Of a stretch of 64,000 nucleotides of DNA, positions 1-12,973 are shown piece after piece; positions within the stretch are counted from its first letter, which is position 1; the number at the start of each line of letters is the position of its first letter. Source of the DNA: Octopus sinensis (taxonomy: Eukaryota); NCBI RefSeq assembly GCF_006345805.1, contig NC_043019.1:15003360-15067359 (forward strand), given 5' to 3'. The notes beneath the pieces are model-generated. The model was not told where the DNA came from. It worked only from the letters and a program-made list of their open reading frames with translations, and ran no database searches. A program made the translations under genes and the position numbers.

Positions 1-1044
1 TTATTCCTCGTCCTGATTTCGAAATCCGCCGAGGTCGACTTTGCCCGTCATCCTTTCGAGGGGGTCGATAAATCAAGTACCAGTGAAACACCGGGGGCGA
101 CATAATCGACCACGCCCTCAAACCAAATTGCAGGCCTCGTGCTTTTACTAGAAAAGATTATAAACATTAACCATTATGAATTATTGCTACTACTACTACT
201 ACTACACCCCTCCCTCGAAATTGCTGGCCTTGTGCCAAAACTTGGAATCTTTATTTATTTAGGACTGAATGTAGTAAAATCAGTAGGTTTTGTGATTTGA
301 GGGAGGTTCAGCTGCTATATCTAATACGTCACTTCGTTGCCATGTTGTCAGTACAAATGACAGTCGTTTGTTTACAGATCTCCCTTTTTTTGTCGTCGTG
401 GTAATTGTGGGCCTTCTAAGGGACGTGGGTCAAGAACCCCTTCTCTCTATTCCACATTCTAATTTTTTTCAATTCCAGTTTAGGGGGAAAATAAATAATA
501 ATAATAATAATAAAAATTGAATTAATAACGCCAAAGAATCTCGTAATATCGACAGACGTGTCTGACGATGTTATGTTACGCAACTCGATTCAAATCTTCG
601 AAATACTTTGTAGAAATGATAAATCAACACCCGGTATATATCTTTCTAGAAATCTACCATTTTATCGATCACTACAACTGTTAACACCAACACTACTACG
701 CTCGCCTTACGGAAAGAAAAAGAAATGGCAAAGCCAAGTTGGCCACGGCGTGATTTGAACTCGAAACGTAAGGGGACGTAACTACATGGCATCAGGCTAC
801 AAGTCCGACGCTCTGTCGGTTCTGCCAATCCAATGATCCTTCCCAATCCATTGATGATGTAGAACACGAAAAATAAGTAGGAGTACACACACACACACGT
901 ATATATGATGATGATGATAATAATAATAATGATGATTTCTTTATTAACCACAAGGGTTAACATTAAGGAAAACATTACGGGCAGTGCATGACAAAATAAA
1001 GAATGTGTAGTAATAATAATAATAATAATAATAAGAGGACAAAC

Positions 1045-1821
1045 CTGTTCGATGTTGGGAATAGTCAGAATGGGGGTTCGTGCTCCGTGTCGGAAAATGA
1101 CAAGGGCCTTCTTGAGGACAAGTCCTGGAGGGGGGCATTGTTGCGACTTTTCAGCAGTACCATGGGTGATGCAGTTTTTGGTGGGGCCTTGTTTGGTAGT
1201 TTTAGAAACATCAGTCTCGCAACAGGTAGGTAACTTTCCAGCTAACTTTGATTTAGTCAACGGCTTTTGGTCCTCGCTGATTTGGCTGCTCGACTCCACT
1301 TTGAACCTACACAGCAAGCGGGAGATACAGGCAACGAGAGGGTTCTCCTTGCGTGGGACTAGGTCCTCTTCGGATAAGTCTGGCCCATAGCATAACTGTT
1401 CTGGTAAATTTGGTTCTGTGGAGGGTGAATCTAGTTCTGTGGGGAGTAAATTTGTTTCTGTGGAGGGTAAGTTTGGTTCTGTGGGAGCTAAGTTTGGTTT
1501 TGTGTCGGGTTTGCTTGGCTCTGTAGGGGATGGCTTTGGTACTGTGGAGGTTAACTTTGGTTCTGCGGAGGATAAAACTGGTTCCTTCTCTTGTTTATTT
1601 GAGGCCATCAGTGTGATACTAGTACTACCAAGCATCACTAACGACACACCAGTGAGCACTACACCACCTCGACTTCCACGGCCACCACCTCCACTGCTAC
1701 TACTACTACTACTACCACTACTACCACCACCACCGCCGCCACCTCCTCTACTACTACTACTACAATAGTCTCTACTGTAGACCACACTAAACCGCCACAA
1801 TCTTCTTCCTAAACGATTCAT
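1045..1821 (-). CDS. ACP6: First coding exon (259 codons) of a histidine acid phosphatase, probably lysophosphatidic acid phosphatase type 6; gene continues beyond the left edge
   Basis: ATG at 1821. LKKALVIFRHGARTPILTIPNIEQ contains the RHGxRxP catalytic motif and resembles ACP6 (LKMVQVVFRHGARSP..EQ, from recall). Donor CAG|GTTTGT at 1045/1044, phase 0 (777 nt). Arg-rich presequence-like N-terminus MNRLGRRLWRFSVVYSRDY. The ORF-track extension to 646 is intronic repeat and SINE sequence. Confidence 0.85.
1404..1570 (-). repeat. Coding 21-bp minisatellite, about 8 units, encoding 7-aa Pro/Thr/Glu repeats
   Basis: EPKLTST-VPKPSPT-EPSKPDT-KPNLAPT-EPNLPST-ETNLLPT-ELDSPST-EPNLPEQ inside the phosphatase exon. 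Confidence 0.85.
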
Positions 1822-3127
1822 TGTGTATGTATCTATGTATACGTGTGTGTATATATGTGTGTATATCTACGCGTGTATATAGATGTGAGCACGTGTGTAT
1901 GTGTGTGTATATAAATATATATTCTTTTCTCTGCTGTGTGTATATTTGTTTTAGAGCGTCCTTGTCTGCGTCCACCTTATCGTATTGTGTGTGTGTGTGT
2001 GCGTGTGTATGTATTAGATTGCTAATGGTACATGTATGTGTATGTGTCTATGTGTGTGTGTGTGTGTGAGGGAGAAAGAGAGAAAGAAAGACAATATGTT
2101 GTATGTTAACGGCGTCCGTTGGTGGATGTGTCAGCGAGTGTATGAATGTGTGTGTATATATATATATATATATGTGTGTATGTGTATATGTGTGTGTGTG
2201 TCTTGTGATGTTTGTATCAGTATCTCTGCGTCTGTTGCGATGTGTGTGTGTATGTGTGTGTTGCGTGTGTATGTGTGTGTGTTGCGTGTGTGTGTATGTG
2301 TATGTGTGTGTATGTGTGTGTTGCGTGTGTGTGTAGCAGTGAGAGATATAAAGTTAAAGATGCGTTTCTATGAATGTGCGAGCGTATATACACGCGTGAG
2401 CATGTGTGTAACGTGTGTGTGTGTGTGTGTGTTTACACTGTATCTTTAAGATGCGACTGTGTCACAAAGATATATGACATGAGAGTGCGTGTGAGAGGGC
2501 GCGCGTGCGTGTGTTATGATAACAGTTTACGACGACGAAAACAGAAACAGAAGAGATTAAAGATTAAATACAAAACGTGTACGCACACACACACACACGT
2601 TTTGTCTCATATATACGTGTTTGCGCGTGTGTGTGTGTATATATATATAAGGTCTGAGATGCGTGACAGACAGCGTGTACGCACGTGTGTACTTAGGTGT
2701 GGATCAACGTAGGATAGAAGAAACTTTTTTTGAGGCAATTAAGAGAGTTTGGGAGAGAGAAATATATATAAAGATAGACTAACGTTCAACAAGACAAACC
2801 CAGCAGCAATTAAAAACTTTTTTTTTTCCAGCGACAGTCTATATGTATCATACGTGTGTATATACATATAATATATATATAATATATATGATATATATGA
2901 TATATACACGCGATCGTGCGCGAATTATGTAAGAGTTTAACAATGTGAAAGTAAATTAGCGGTTATGCTATATATACCTTCTTTTTTTAAAGAGCTGCAA
3001 TCAGTGATTGGACTTGAAGGGAAGAGGAGAGAGTGAGTGAGTGAGATATAATAGAGAGAGAGGGTGTTGAGGGAGAGACGGATAGATAGGTAGATAGATA
3101 GATAGATAGAAGGATAGATAGACAGAG

Positions 3128-3165
<38 letters not shown>

Positions 3166-3390
3166 GTAGATAGATAGGTAGAAAGATGTGTAGAAGGGGG
3201 AGGTTATGTAAGGAGGGGACGAATAGAAAGTTGGGAATAGACAGAGAAAGAGAGGGTAAAAGTGAGAGAAAGAGAGGGACGGAGTAACAGGGTGAGAGGA
3301 GGAGTTATAGAGGAACCAAAAAGTTTGAAAGGAAGGAATAAAGGTAGGGGAGAAGAAAGAGAAAGAGAGAGAGACAGACAGAGAAAGAGT

Positions 3391-3436
<46 letters not shown>

Positions 3437-3764
3437 GAAGAGCGGAAGATAAAGAGCAGAAATAGTTATAGCTATATATATATTGGAAGAAAGGAGGGGG
3501 AAAAGAGAGTAAATAATGAATGAGAGAGGGGGATAGGGTAAAAGGAAGTGAAGGGGAGGGACAGACAAAGCAGAGGGCAAAGAGAAAGTGAAGTAGGAGT
3601 TATTTCCAAGAATTTTACGCGTCAATTCTAGGTTTTGCCAGCAGAAATTGTTTCACTTTTGGTTTCTAAGCATCTGACAGTCACACACACGCAAACACAC
3701 ACACACACACACAACTGCAGTCTTTATATATAAATAGACAGACCAGTATAAGCACTCACTCATA

Positions 3765-3972
3765 TACTCTTTTACTTGTTTCAGTCATTTGACTTCGGCC
3801 ATGCTGGAGCACCGTCTTTAGTCGGGCAAATCGAACCCCAGGACGTATTCTGTATTCTTTGTAAGCCTAGTACTTATTCTATTGGTTTTTTTTTGCTGAA
3901 CCACTAAGTGACGGGGACGTAAACACACCAGCATCGGTTGTCAAGCAATGCTAGGGGGACAAACACAGACAC

Positions 3973-4005
<33 letters not shown>

Positions 4006-4176
4006 CATATATACGACAGGCTTCTTTCAGTTTCCGTCTACCAAATCCACTCACAAGGCATTGGTCGGCCCGGGACTATAGCAGAAGACACTTGCCCAAG
4101 ATGCCATGCAGTGGGACTGAACCCGGAACCATGTGGTTGGTTAGCAAGCTACTTACCACACAGCCACTCCTGCGCC
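3765..4176 (-). mobile_element. SINE family B (tRNA-derived head, CORE-like CCTTGGGCAAGTG motif, central TA/TG microsatellite), full length
   Basis: Reverse complement starts GGCGCAGGAGTGGCTGTGTGGTAAG with a box-B-like GGTTCAGTCCC and ends GAAACAAGTAAAAGAGTA. More than 15 copies in the window. Confidence 0.9.
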
Positions 4177-4533
4177 TATATATATTTTTTCTGGGTGAAC
4201 ACGTATTCTTTTGTTTGTTGCAGTCAGTTGACTGCGGCCACGCTGGAGCACCGCCTTGAAGTGTTTTTTACTCGAATAAATGGACCCCGTCCCGCCAGGA
4301 CTTCTTTATTTTATTTTTTATTTTATTACCCTATTACTTGTTTCAGTCATCTGACTGCGGCCATGCTGGAGCACCGCCTTTAGTCGTGCAAATCAAACCC
4401 CAGGACTTATTCTTTGTAAGCCTAGTACTTATTCTATCGGTCTTTTTGTTTTTTTGCTGAACCACTAAGTGACGGGGACGTAAACACACCAGCATCGGTT
4501 GTCAAGCAATGCTAGGGGGACAAACACAGACAC

Positions 4534-4564
<31 letters not shown>

Positions 4565-5010
4565 CATATATACGACAGGCTTCTTTCAGTTTCCGTCTAC
4601 CAAATCCACTCACAAGGCATTGGTCGGCCCGGGACTATAGCAGAAGACACTTGCCCAAGATGCCATGCAGTGGGACTGAACCCGGAACCATGTGGTTGGT
4701 TAGCAAGCTACTTACCACACAGCCACTCCTGCGCCTATATATATTTTTTCTGGGTGAACACGTATTCTTTTGTTTGTTGCAGTCAGTTGACTGCGGCCAC
4801 GCTGGAGCACCGCCTTGAAGTGTTTTTTACTCGAATAAATGGACCCCGTCCCCGCCAGGACTTCTTTATTTTATTTTTTATTTTATTACCCTATTACTTG
4901 TTTCAGTCATCTGACTGCGGCCATGCTGGAGCACCGCCTTTAGTCGTGCAAATCAAACCCCAGGACTTATTCTTTGTAAGCCTAGTACTTATTCTATCGG
5001 TCTTTTTGTT
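3890..5010. repeat. Near-identical tandem duplication of about 560 bp (SINE-B halves plus a unique spacer)
   Basis: Sequence at 3890-4449 recurs at about 4450-5010, including the spacer CTGGGTGAACACGTATTC (about 4191 and 4751). Confidence 0.9.
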
Positions 5011-5411
5011 TTTTTGCTGAACCACTAAGTTACAGGGACGTAAACACACCAGCATCGGTTGTCAAGCGATGTTGGGGCGGGGGGACAAACACAGACACAC
5101 AAACATACGCACACACAAACACACACACACTCACATACACACACACATATATATATGTGTTTTTTAAAGGGTGGTTTAGTGGGGACAGGTGAAAGTCTTG
5201 TCTATATATGTGTGTGGAGGCGCAATGGCCCAGTGGTTAGGGCAGCGAACTCGCAGTCACATGATCGCCCGGCATGTTACCGATTCTGCCAGCTCACCCT
5301 CCTTAAAACACTCTTGAATATTAATAAAGTAATGAAATAAATATTTCAAGTCGTTCTCATAAACCCCATCACCATCGCCACTACCTTCCTCTCCACCATC
5401 GTCATCCAACA

Positions 5412-5502
5412 ACCACCACCACCACCACCACCACCACCACCACCACCACCACCACCACCACCACCACACCACCACCACCACCACCACCACCACCACCACC
5501 AC
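5412..5502. repeat. (CAC)n microsatellite
   Basis: Direct inspection. Confidence 0.95.
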
Positions 5503-5790
5503 TTCTGGTACCAGTAGTTTCGTTTTCACTTTGATTTCTTGGTAAAACAAAATGATGCAATTTTTTTCTTGGAATCCGTCAGATTGAAACTTTAGCAAAA
5601 CAAACCGGATATTGATTTCCCTTGATCGATTGGGAATTTTATTAAGCATGCCACAGTGATAACATTGGCAGAAGCGTAAAAATACGACGTAGTGGCACAA
5701 CAGAATTAAAAAATAATAATTCATCTTACCTTAACCCACGTAAATTAATTAAACCATTTTGAACAATTGGGGTTAGTCTTAGATTATAAT

Positions 5791-6155
5791 TACCTCCGCC
5801 TTCGCTATGGCAGAGATATTGTTTTCAGTTGTATTTGTTTGTTTGTCCGTGGGCAACGTATCTCAAGAACCGCTGGATGGATTCAGATGAAACTTTCAGG
5901 GATGTTTGGCCTCGTGACTAGCACAAACGGATTAGATTTTGGGATTGATCCAGTACCGGACAAGGATACGGGATTTTTGTTCCTGTTTTGTTACTTAATT
6001 TTTGTGAGTGGTCGGGTTCATTTTTAGTATTCTCATTTGTGAGGACAGTTGAGTTTATTTCAGATATTCTCATTTTAAAAATCATCTCTGGCTAATTGTT
6101 GAGAGGACGTTGGTGTTGCTTTGGCAGAAGTTTGCGCTCTCTGAGTGCTCATGTT
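5791..6155 (+). mobile_element. Non-autonomous Helentron-type (HINE/DINE-1-like) element
   Basis: 5' palindromic subterminal repeat TACCTCCGCC..GGCAGAGATA, GTTT microsatellite, and a 3' TTGGCAGAAGTT inverted copy followed by the short stem-loop GCGCTCTCTGAGTGC and TT. This is the known HINE layout. Confidence 0.7.
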
Positions 6156-6174
6156 ACTATTATAATTATTATTA

Positions 6175-6725
6175 CTGAGTGAGAGAGCAGTGCATGCCAT
6201 CAAAGTGACACTGGGGTAAAATATACAAAGCCCAGTATACCCATCATGACTACCCATCTGATAAGGGTACACTAGGCACATGCATCACAACCATATGTGC
6301 GCAACATGGTGATCTCATATCAAGATAAACAGCGCATGACCTTGCAGGTGGGGCCCAGTTAGAATTTTCTTCTGGTCGAGTAACCCATCCTGCTCAAAAG
6401 GTCACTGAATAAGGGTTGTTTAAGGATGTTAAACGAAACACATGTTTCCAGAGGTGAATTATTCAAACCCAATAGAATCCCTCTCAACACATGGCTATGA
6501 TGCTCCCCCACTACTTCTGCTCGTGATCAGAGATGCACATATCGTCAGCCACTAAGGGACATGCTCAACTGGTTACGGTCAAACAACTGACAAGCAAATC
6601 TGTGGTATTGAGCAGAATATTTGCTGCAGCCCATCTTTTATTCTAAGACAAAACAATGTACATGATAACACTTCCAATCAGTTAAGATGGAAAACCATGA
6701 GGGCCACTACCTGGTATTGCATCAG
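6175..6725 (+). repeat. Dispersed repeat of unknown class; its 3' ~225 bp recur inverted at about 12240-12465
   Basis: CTTCTGCTCGTGATCAGAGA...GCATCAGGGCAT matches the reverse complement of 12240-12465. Confidence 0.75.
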
Positions 6726-6741
6726 GGCATCTATTACTTTT

Positions 6742-6745
6742 ATTA

Positions 6746-6784
<39 letters not shown>

Positions 6785-6792
6785 CATTATTA

Positions 6793-6836
<44 letters not shown>

Positions 6837-6866
6837 GATGATAATGATGATGATGATGATGATGAT
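6742..6866. repeat. (TTA)n grading into (GAT)n microsatellite
   Basis: Direct inspection; source of the poly-I/poly-L ORFs in the track. Confidence 0.95.
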
Positions 6867-7273
6867 GGCGATGGTGGTGTTTTACGGGATTTTCCAAAAT
6901 CAGTCACCAAAAATCCTCTCCCCCTAAAGAAGAAAATAAAACACAAACTACAATGTACAAATTACAATAGACCTTCTTTTAAGGACATTATTAAAAGTAA
7001 CAGCAGTCGCAGGATGTGAAAACAAGTTTTCGTCAACCTCAATGCTTAATTAAGGCGAAACTATTTCACAACAGGCCTGACAGAATAGAGGAATGTGTGG
7101 ATCGAGAGGTGGGCCTGTAAACACATACTTTTAATTCTACGTATACAGGGCAACAGGTATTTGAGGACACGTTTAGTGATTTCATAAAACAACTTTTGTC
7201 TAGCAAAAGGCAAATGTATTTTGATAAATATTTGTGTGCATGTCCGCAATAAGTTTTCTTACACAATTATCTA

Positions 7274-7620
7274 TAGGCATAGGAGTGGCCGTGTGGTAAA
7301 TAGCTTGCTTACCAACCACATGGTTCCGGCTTCAGTCCCACTGCGTAGCACCTTGGGCAAGTGTCTTCTGCTATAGCCTCGGGCTGACCAAAGCCTTGTG
7401 AGTGGATTTGGTAGACGGAAACTGAAAGAAGCCCATCGTATATATGCATATATATATATATATATATATCTGTGTGTGTGTGTGTGTGTATGTTTGTGTG
7501 TCTGTGTTTGTTCCCCCAACATTGCTTAACAACCAATGCTGGTGTGTGTTTACGTTCCCCATAACTTAACAGTTCGGCAAAAGGGACCGAAAGAATAAGT
7601 CCTGGGGGTCGATTTGCATA
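7274..7620 (+). mobile_element. SINE family B, 3'-truncated
   Basis: GGCATAGGAGTGGCCGTGTGGTAAATAGC head, CORE-like motif, internal microsatellite. Confidence 0.85.
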
Positions 7621-7927
7621 AGCAAACAGGAACTTCCAAAGATTTCTAAACCTAGTCACCTGGTCACCCTCAGCCAATCAAACTGCATCCAGAGCGGATA
7701 TGAATTTTAGCCTTGTTTTCTCTACAAAAACAAATTTTGAACTCCAATCAGTTGCAGTATGGCTCCATGTCTTTCTGTCTCAGCCTTTGAAAACCAGGGA
7801 AATCTGTGGAATTGGTTAAATCTTTAAACATCTCAAAAGAAAATACCAATTATAACCAAATCCCAGTGCAGTTTCAACTTCTTTTTTCTATATTTCTACC
7901 CTGGTGGAATAAAATAACTTTGTTTTA

Positions 7928-8058
<131 letters not shown>

Positions 8059-8947
8059 CATATGTATATATGTTTGTATGTATGTATATATATTCTTTTA
8101 CTTGTTTTAGTCATTTGACTGTGGCCATGCTGGAGCACTGCCTTTAGCTAAAGAAATCGACCTCAGGATTTATTGATCCGACTATACTGCCATTCTTTAG
8201 GTCTTGATTATATAAAACTATATTACTACTTACACCCACCTGGAAAGGATGCCAGTCTGTCACAGGAGGAAAGGGTGAGAGAGAAAGTCATGGCGAAAGA
8301 GTCAGCAGAAGTTCGCCATTACCTTCTGCCGGAGCCACATGGAGCTTAAGTGTTTCGCTCATAAACACACACATCACCCGGTCTGAGATTCGAACCCGCG
8401 ATCGATAGATCGCGAGTCCGCTGCTCTAACCACTGGGCCATGTGCCTCCACATTGGTGTATCTCTGTGTATCAATCGATCTATCTATCTATTCATCTATC
8501 TATTTATCCATCCCTCCACCCCTCCATCCATTCATTGATTTCCTTCCTTCTTTCCTTGTCTCTCGCCTTCCTTCCTTCTTCCTTCACCTTCTTTCTTTCT
8601 TTCCTTCTCTATGTTGGATGCACTGTTGAAATTCAGAATAAATACTAGAGATTAGTGGGGTATGGAGGTAATCAAGAGATTACAGTAATTCTGTATACCT
8701 GCACAGGTAGATGGAACATCAGCAAGCCTTGTGGACAATCGGTAGCCAGCTGATGAACTAAATAACGTCTGTACACAATTATGTTGGTCTATAAAAGAAA
8801 TTTGTTTGATATGCTCATAAGTCAATTAACACACCTGGGATTTGTTTTTTGAATTTTTCCATTTTTGAAGAATATATTTTGTGAATTATCAGGTGTGTCT
8901 TTCTGGATGTCATGCCAGAGGATTTGGTTAAACTAAATTCAAGCAAC

Positions 8948-9007
8948 TATATACATACATATGTACATACATGCATACATATATACATACATACATACAT
9001 ACATACA

Positions 9008-9038
<31 letters not shown>

Positions 9039-9412
9039 GTACATACATACATACATACATATGTACATACATACATAAATACATACATACATGTATGCAT
9101 ACATACATGTATGCATACATACATACATGAATACATACATGCATACATGCATGCATATGTACATACATCCATAAATACATACATGCATATGTACAAACAT
9201 ACATGCATGCATACATACATACGTGTGTACATACATGCATACACACATCCATATGTACATACGTACGTACATGTGCATGTACATACATACATAAATACAT
9301 ACATGCATGCATGCATACATATATACATACATACATACATACAAACATGCATGCATACATACATCCATACATATGTACGTACATACATACATACATACAT
9401 ACATACATACAT
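8948..9412. repeat. (TACA)n degenerate microsatellite
   Basis: Direct inspection. Confidence 0.95.
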
Positions 9413-9624
9413 CATTTAACATCCTCTTTTCCATGTTGGCATGGGTTGGCCAGTTTGTACAAATCATGTATTGCCAATTAAAAACTGATTTAAAATATTT
9501 TCTGTTTTATTACCTTCATCGTTTTTGGTACTTTAATAAATTGTACTTGTTTGGTTGCCTGAATTTTTTTCCAAGCCAAAATTGTGACTTTTTCCTGTGA
9601 CTTCTTTCCTGAGACTTCCTTACC

Positions 9625-9992
9625 AGGCAGAAACAGTGTGGTGGAGTCAATCAAATTGACCCCAGGATTTATTCTTTGTGAGCCTAGAACTTATTCTATT
9701 GGTCTCTTTTGCCGAACCACTAAGTTACGGGGACGTAAACACACCAGCATCGGTTGTCAAGCGATGTTGGGGGGACAAACACAGACACACAGACATATAC
9801 TCACATACACACACATATATACATATATACGATGGGCTTCTTTCAGTTTCCGTATACCAAATCCACTCACAAGGCTTTGGTCAGCCCGAGGCTATAGTAG
9901 AAGACACTTGTCCAAGGTGCCATGCAGTGGGACTGAACCTGGAACCATGTAGTTCATAAGCAAGCTACTTACCACACAGCCACTCCTGCACC
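9625..9992 (-). mobile_element. SINE family B
   Basis: Same consensus as 3765-4176. Confidence 0.85.
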
Positions 9993-10230
9993 TGTGTATT
10001 TAGATATCACAAATACCAATTGAACATAAATAGGTCATGACATAACAATAGCAACAGAAGCATTCAAGATAATCCCCAAAGAAAACAAAGCAGAAAATAT
10101 ATCAGTCGGTGACCAATTTAGTTAACCAGTCAAGTAGGTACTTTGAAATGCGAGGCAAGTGAAACATAAATAGGGAGAGAAGAAAAGAATGAAAATGGTG
10201 ACAGTGACGGGGGAAAGAATAAAAAGGAAA

Positions 10231-10744
10231 TACCGTATATCCTCGAGTATAATCCGCATTTTTTTCCCAAAATTTAAAGGTCAGAATATCTAGTGCGTAC
10301 CATATACGAGGTTAAAAATAAAAATTATTTTCTAAGCAATGTCCGAGTCTATTTGCTGTCCGGCAATGTTTATTCAGACACATTTTGTGATGTCGGGCAC
10401 GAAAATACATTAAGCTAAGCCTGAAAGCAATGAAGTCATAAAAGAATCATCCATAACTTGCAATAAGCAACATTTATTAAACATTATTACTGTTATTTCT
10501 TTATTTTCTGCTAAAAAAATGCACAAAAAAAGCTACACATTTGCATTATGTTATATATACAATAATAATAAAGGGTGTTACCGTATACATTTTAACAAGC
10601 CAAGGACATTATACAGACCTCCTTGACTCAAGTTAGAGAAGGGGTGCGTATTATACACAAGGTTTAGGTTTTTCAGAAGTACAGCCCATAAAAATCCCCT
10701 GTGTATAATACTCAAGGGTGGACTATACTCGAGGATTTACGGTA
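10231..10744. mobile_element. Tc1/mariner-pogo (Tigger-like) MITE
   Basis: 27-nt terminal inverted repeats TACCGTATATCCTCGAGTATAATCCGC versus (reverse complement) TACCGTAAATCCTCGAGTATAGTCCAC, 3 mismatches, with terminal TA duplication. Confidence 0.85.
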
Positions 10745-11266
10745 CTTGTTTTGTCAACACCTTAAATCCTGAAATAAAATTTAACCATGGGCCCTACCAA
10801 CTACACATAACTGGCTCATAACTGGTTTCATATGTTGGATTAGGGACTAATCCAGCACTCCACAACTGGTGTGTTGCCGCACACTGATGTCCCACAATAC
10901 AATGCTAGGTGTGCCATGGTGTAACCTGGGTATAATATTTTCCCCTATGCTTTTAGTTATATTTTTTAGTTCAGATGTGCTGCTGAATTTTGAAAAGAAT
11001 ATAAATTAGGGTACTGAGAGTGAAAAAAAATATATCAGGATGTTGCGAATAGGAACCTTTTGATGACAACACTGTCATTGATGTCCAGGGACAAACCTTT
11101 GACAATAAACACTCGACTTTTAAGAGGAACTTCAACAAAGTTACACATTTACAAATAACATAATTGAGGAAGAAATTAGGGCATGTAACACATCCTGGAA
11201 CAAAAACAGTATTGATAAGACAAGTGGAGACACAACACAGTCTCATCAGTATTAACCTCAAAATGG

Positions 11267-11324
<58 letters not shown>

Positions 11325-11557
11325 CACACAAACACACATCTGTGTGGTAAGAAGTTTGCTTCTCAACCACATGGTTCTGGGTTCAGTCCCACTTCGTGAC
11401 ACTTTGGGAAATTGTCTTCTACTATAGACTCAGGCCAACCAAAGCCTTATGAAGTGCATTTTGGTAGACAGAAACTGGAAGAAGCCCATTGCGTATATAT
11501 GTACATATACTCTCTTTTACTCTTTTATTTGTTTCAGCCATTTTGTCTGGCATGCTA

Positions 11558-11730
<173 letters not shown>

Positions 11731-11812
11731 CTTTTATTTGTATCAGCCATGTGACTGTGGCAATGCTGGAGCACTGCCTTTAGTCGAGCAAATTGACCCC
11801 AGGACTTATTCT

Positions 11813-11940
11813 ATGATGTAATCTCCAGGGATACAGGCATCCAGCAACAGGACCTCCGTAATGCCATGATGGACCGTGAAGTCTGGCGTAGCATGGTAAA
11901 TTCCATTGTCTCGACCACGGTCGAACAATGATGATGATGA
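11813..11940 (+). mobile_element. 5'-truncated RTE-type LINE 3' end inserted into a SINE-B (11725-12230, minus)
   Basis: 11815-11931 reads DVISRDTGIQQQDLRNAMMDREVWRSMVNSIVSTTVEQ*, a typical RTE ORF C-terminus (DRxxWR), then a (TGA)n tail. It splits the SINE motif GGACTTATTCT|..AAGCCTAGTAC. Confidence 0.7.
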
Positions 11941-12767
11941 AGCCTAGTACTTATTCTGTCGGTCTCTTTTGCCGAACTGCTAAGTTACAGGGATGTAAAC
12001 ACACCAGCATCGGTTGTCAGGCGAAGATGAGGGGACAAACATATACACGCACATACATATATATATACATATATACAACAGGCTTCTTTCAGTTTCCGTC
12101 TACCAAATCCAGTCACAAGGCTTTGGTCAGCCTCAAGCTATAGTAGAAAACACTTGCCCAAGGTGCCATGCAGTAGGACTGAATCCAGAGCCATGTGGTT
12201 GATAAGCAAGCTACTTACCACACAGCCAATGAAAATGTTAATAAATGCCCTGATGCAGTACCAGGCAGTGGCTCTCATGGCTTCTGATCTTAACTGATTG
12301 GAAGTGTTATCATGTACATTGTTTTGTCTTGGTATAAAAGATGGGCTACAGCAAATATTCTGCTCAATACCACAGATTTGCTTGTCAGTTGTTTGACCTT
12401 AACCAGTTGAGCATGCCCCTTAGTGGCTGACGATATGTGTATCTCTGATCACGAGCAGAAGTAGTGGCCTTGCTGTTCCTAGCCTTGCTGCTCTTGTCCT
12501 TGCTGCACCTGGCCTGGCTGCTTCTGGCCCTGCTGCCCCTGGTCAAGCTGTTCCTGTCCTTGCAGCTCATGTCAAACCGTCCAACCCATGTCAACATGGA
12601 AAACAGGTGTTGAACGATGATGATGCTGAAATTAAAAGATAAAATGATAAGCAACAGGTTTAAAGAACAATGAACTCATATTTGAAATATGGTGACTATG
12701 CCAGAATTTAGAGTTCTAGCATTTATTGTCTTGCATGCAGATATAGTTTTAGTTTCATTTACAAATA

Positions 12768-12937
12768 GGCGCAGGAGTGGCTGTGTGGTAAGTAGCTTGC
12801 TAACCAACCACATGGTTCCGGGTTCAGTCCCACTGCATGGCATCTTGGGCAAGTGTCTTCTGCTATAGCCCGGGGCCAACCAATGCCTTGTGAGTGGATT
12901 TGGTAGATGGAAACTGAAAGAAGCCTGTCGTATATAT

Positions 12938-12973
<36 letters not shown>

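Noticed and set aside
646-1044. C-terminal part of the 391-aa ORF (poly-I, SINE-derived text)
   Set aside because: Lies after a good GT donor at 1044 and consists of (TTA)n/(TG)n plus a decayed SINE-A; intronic.
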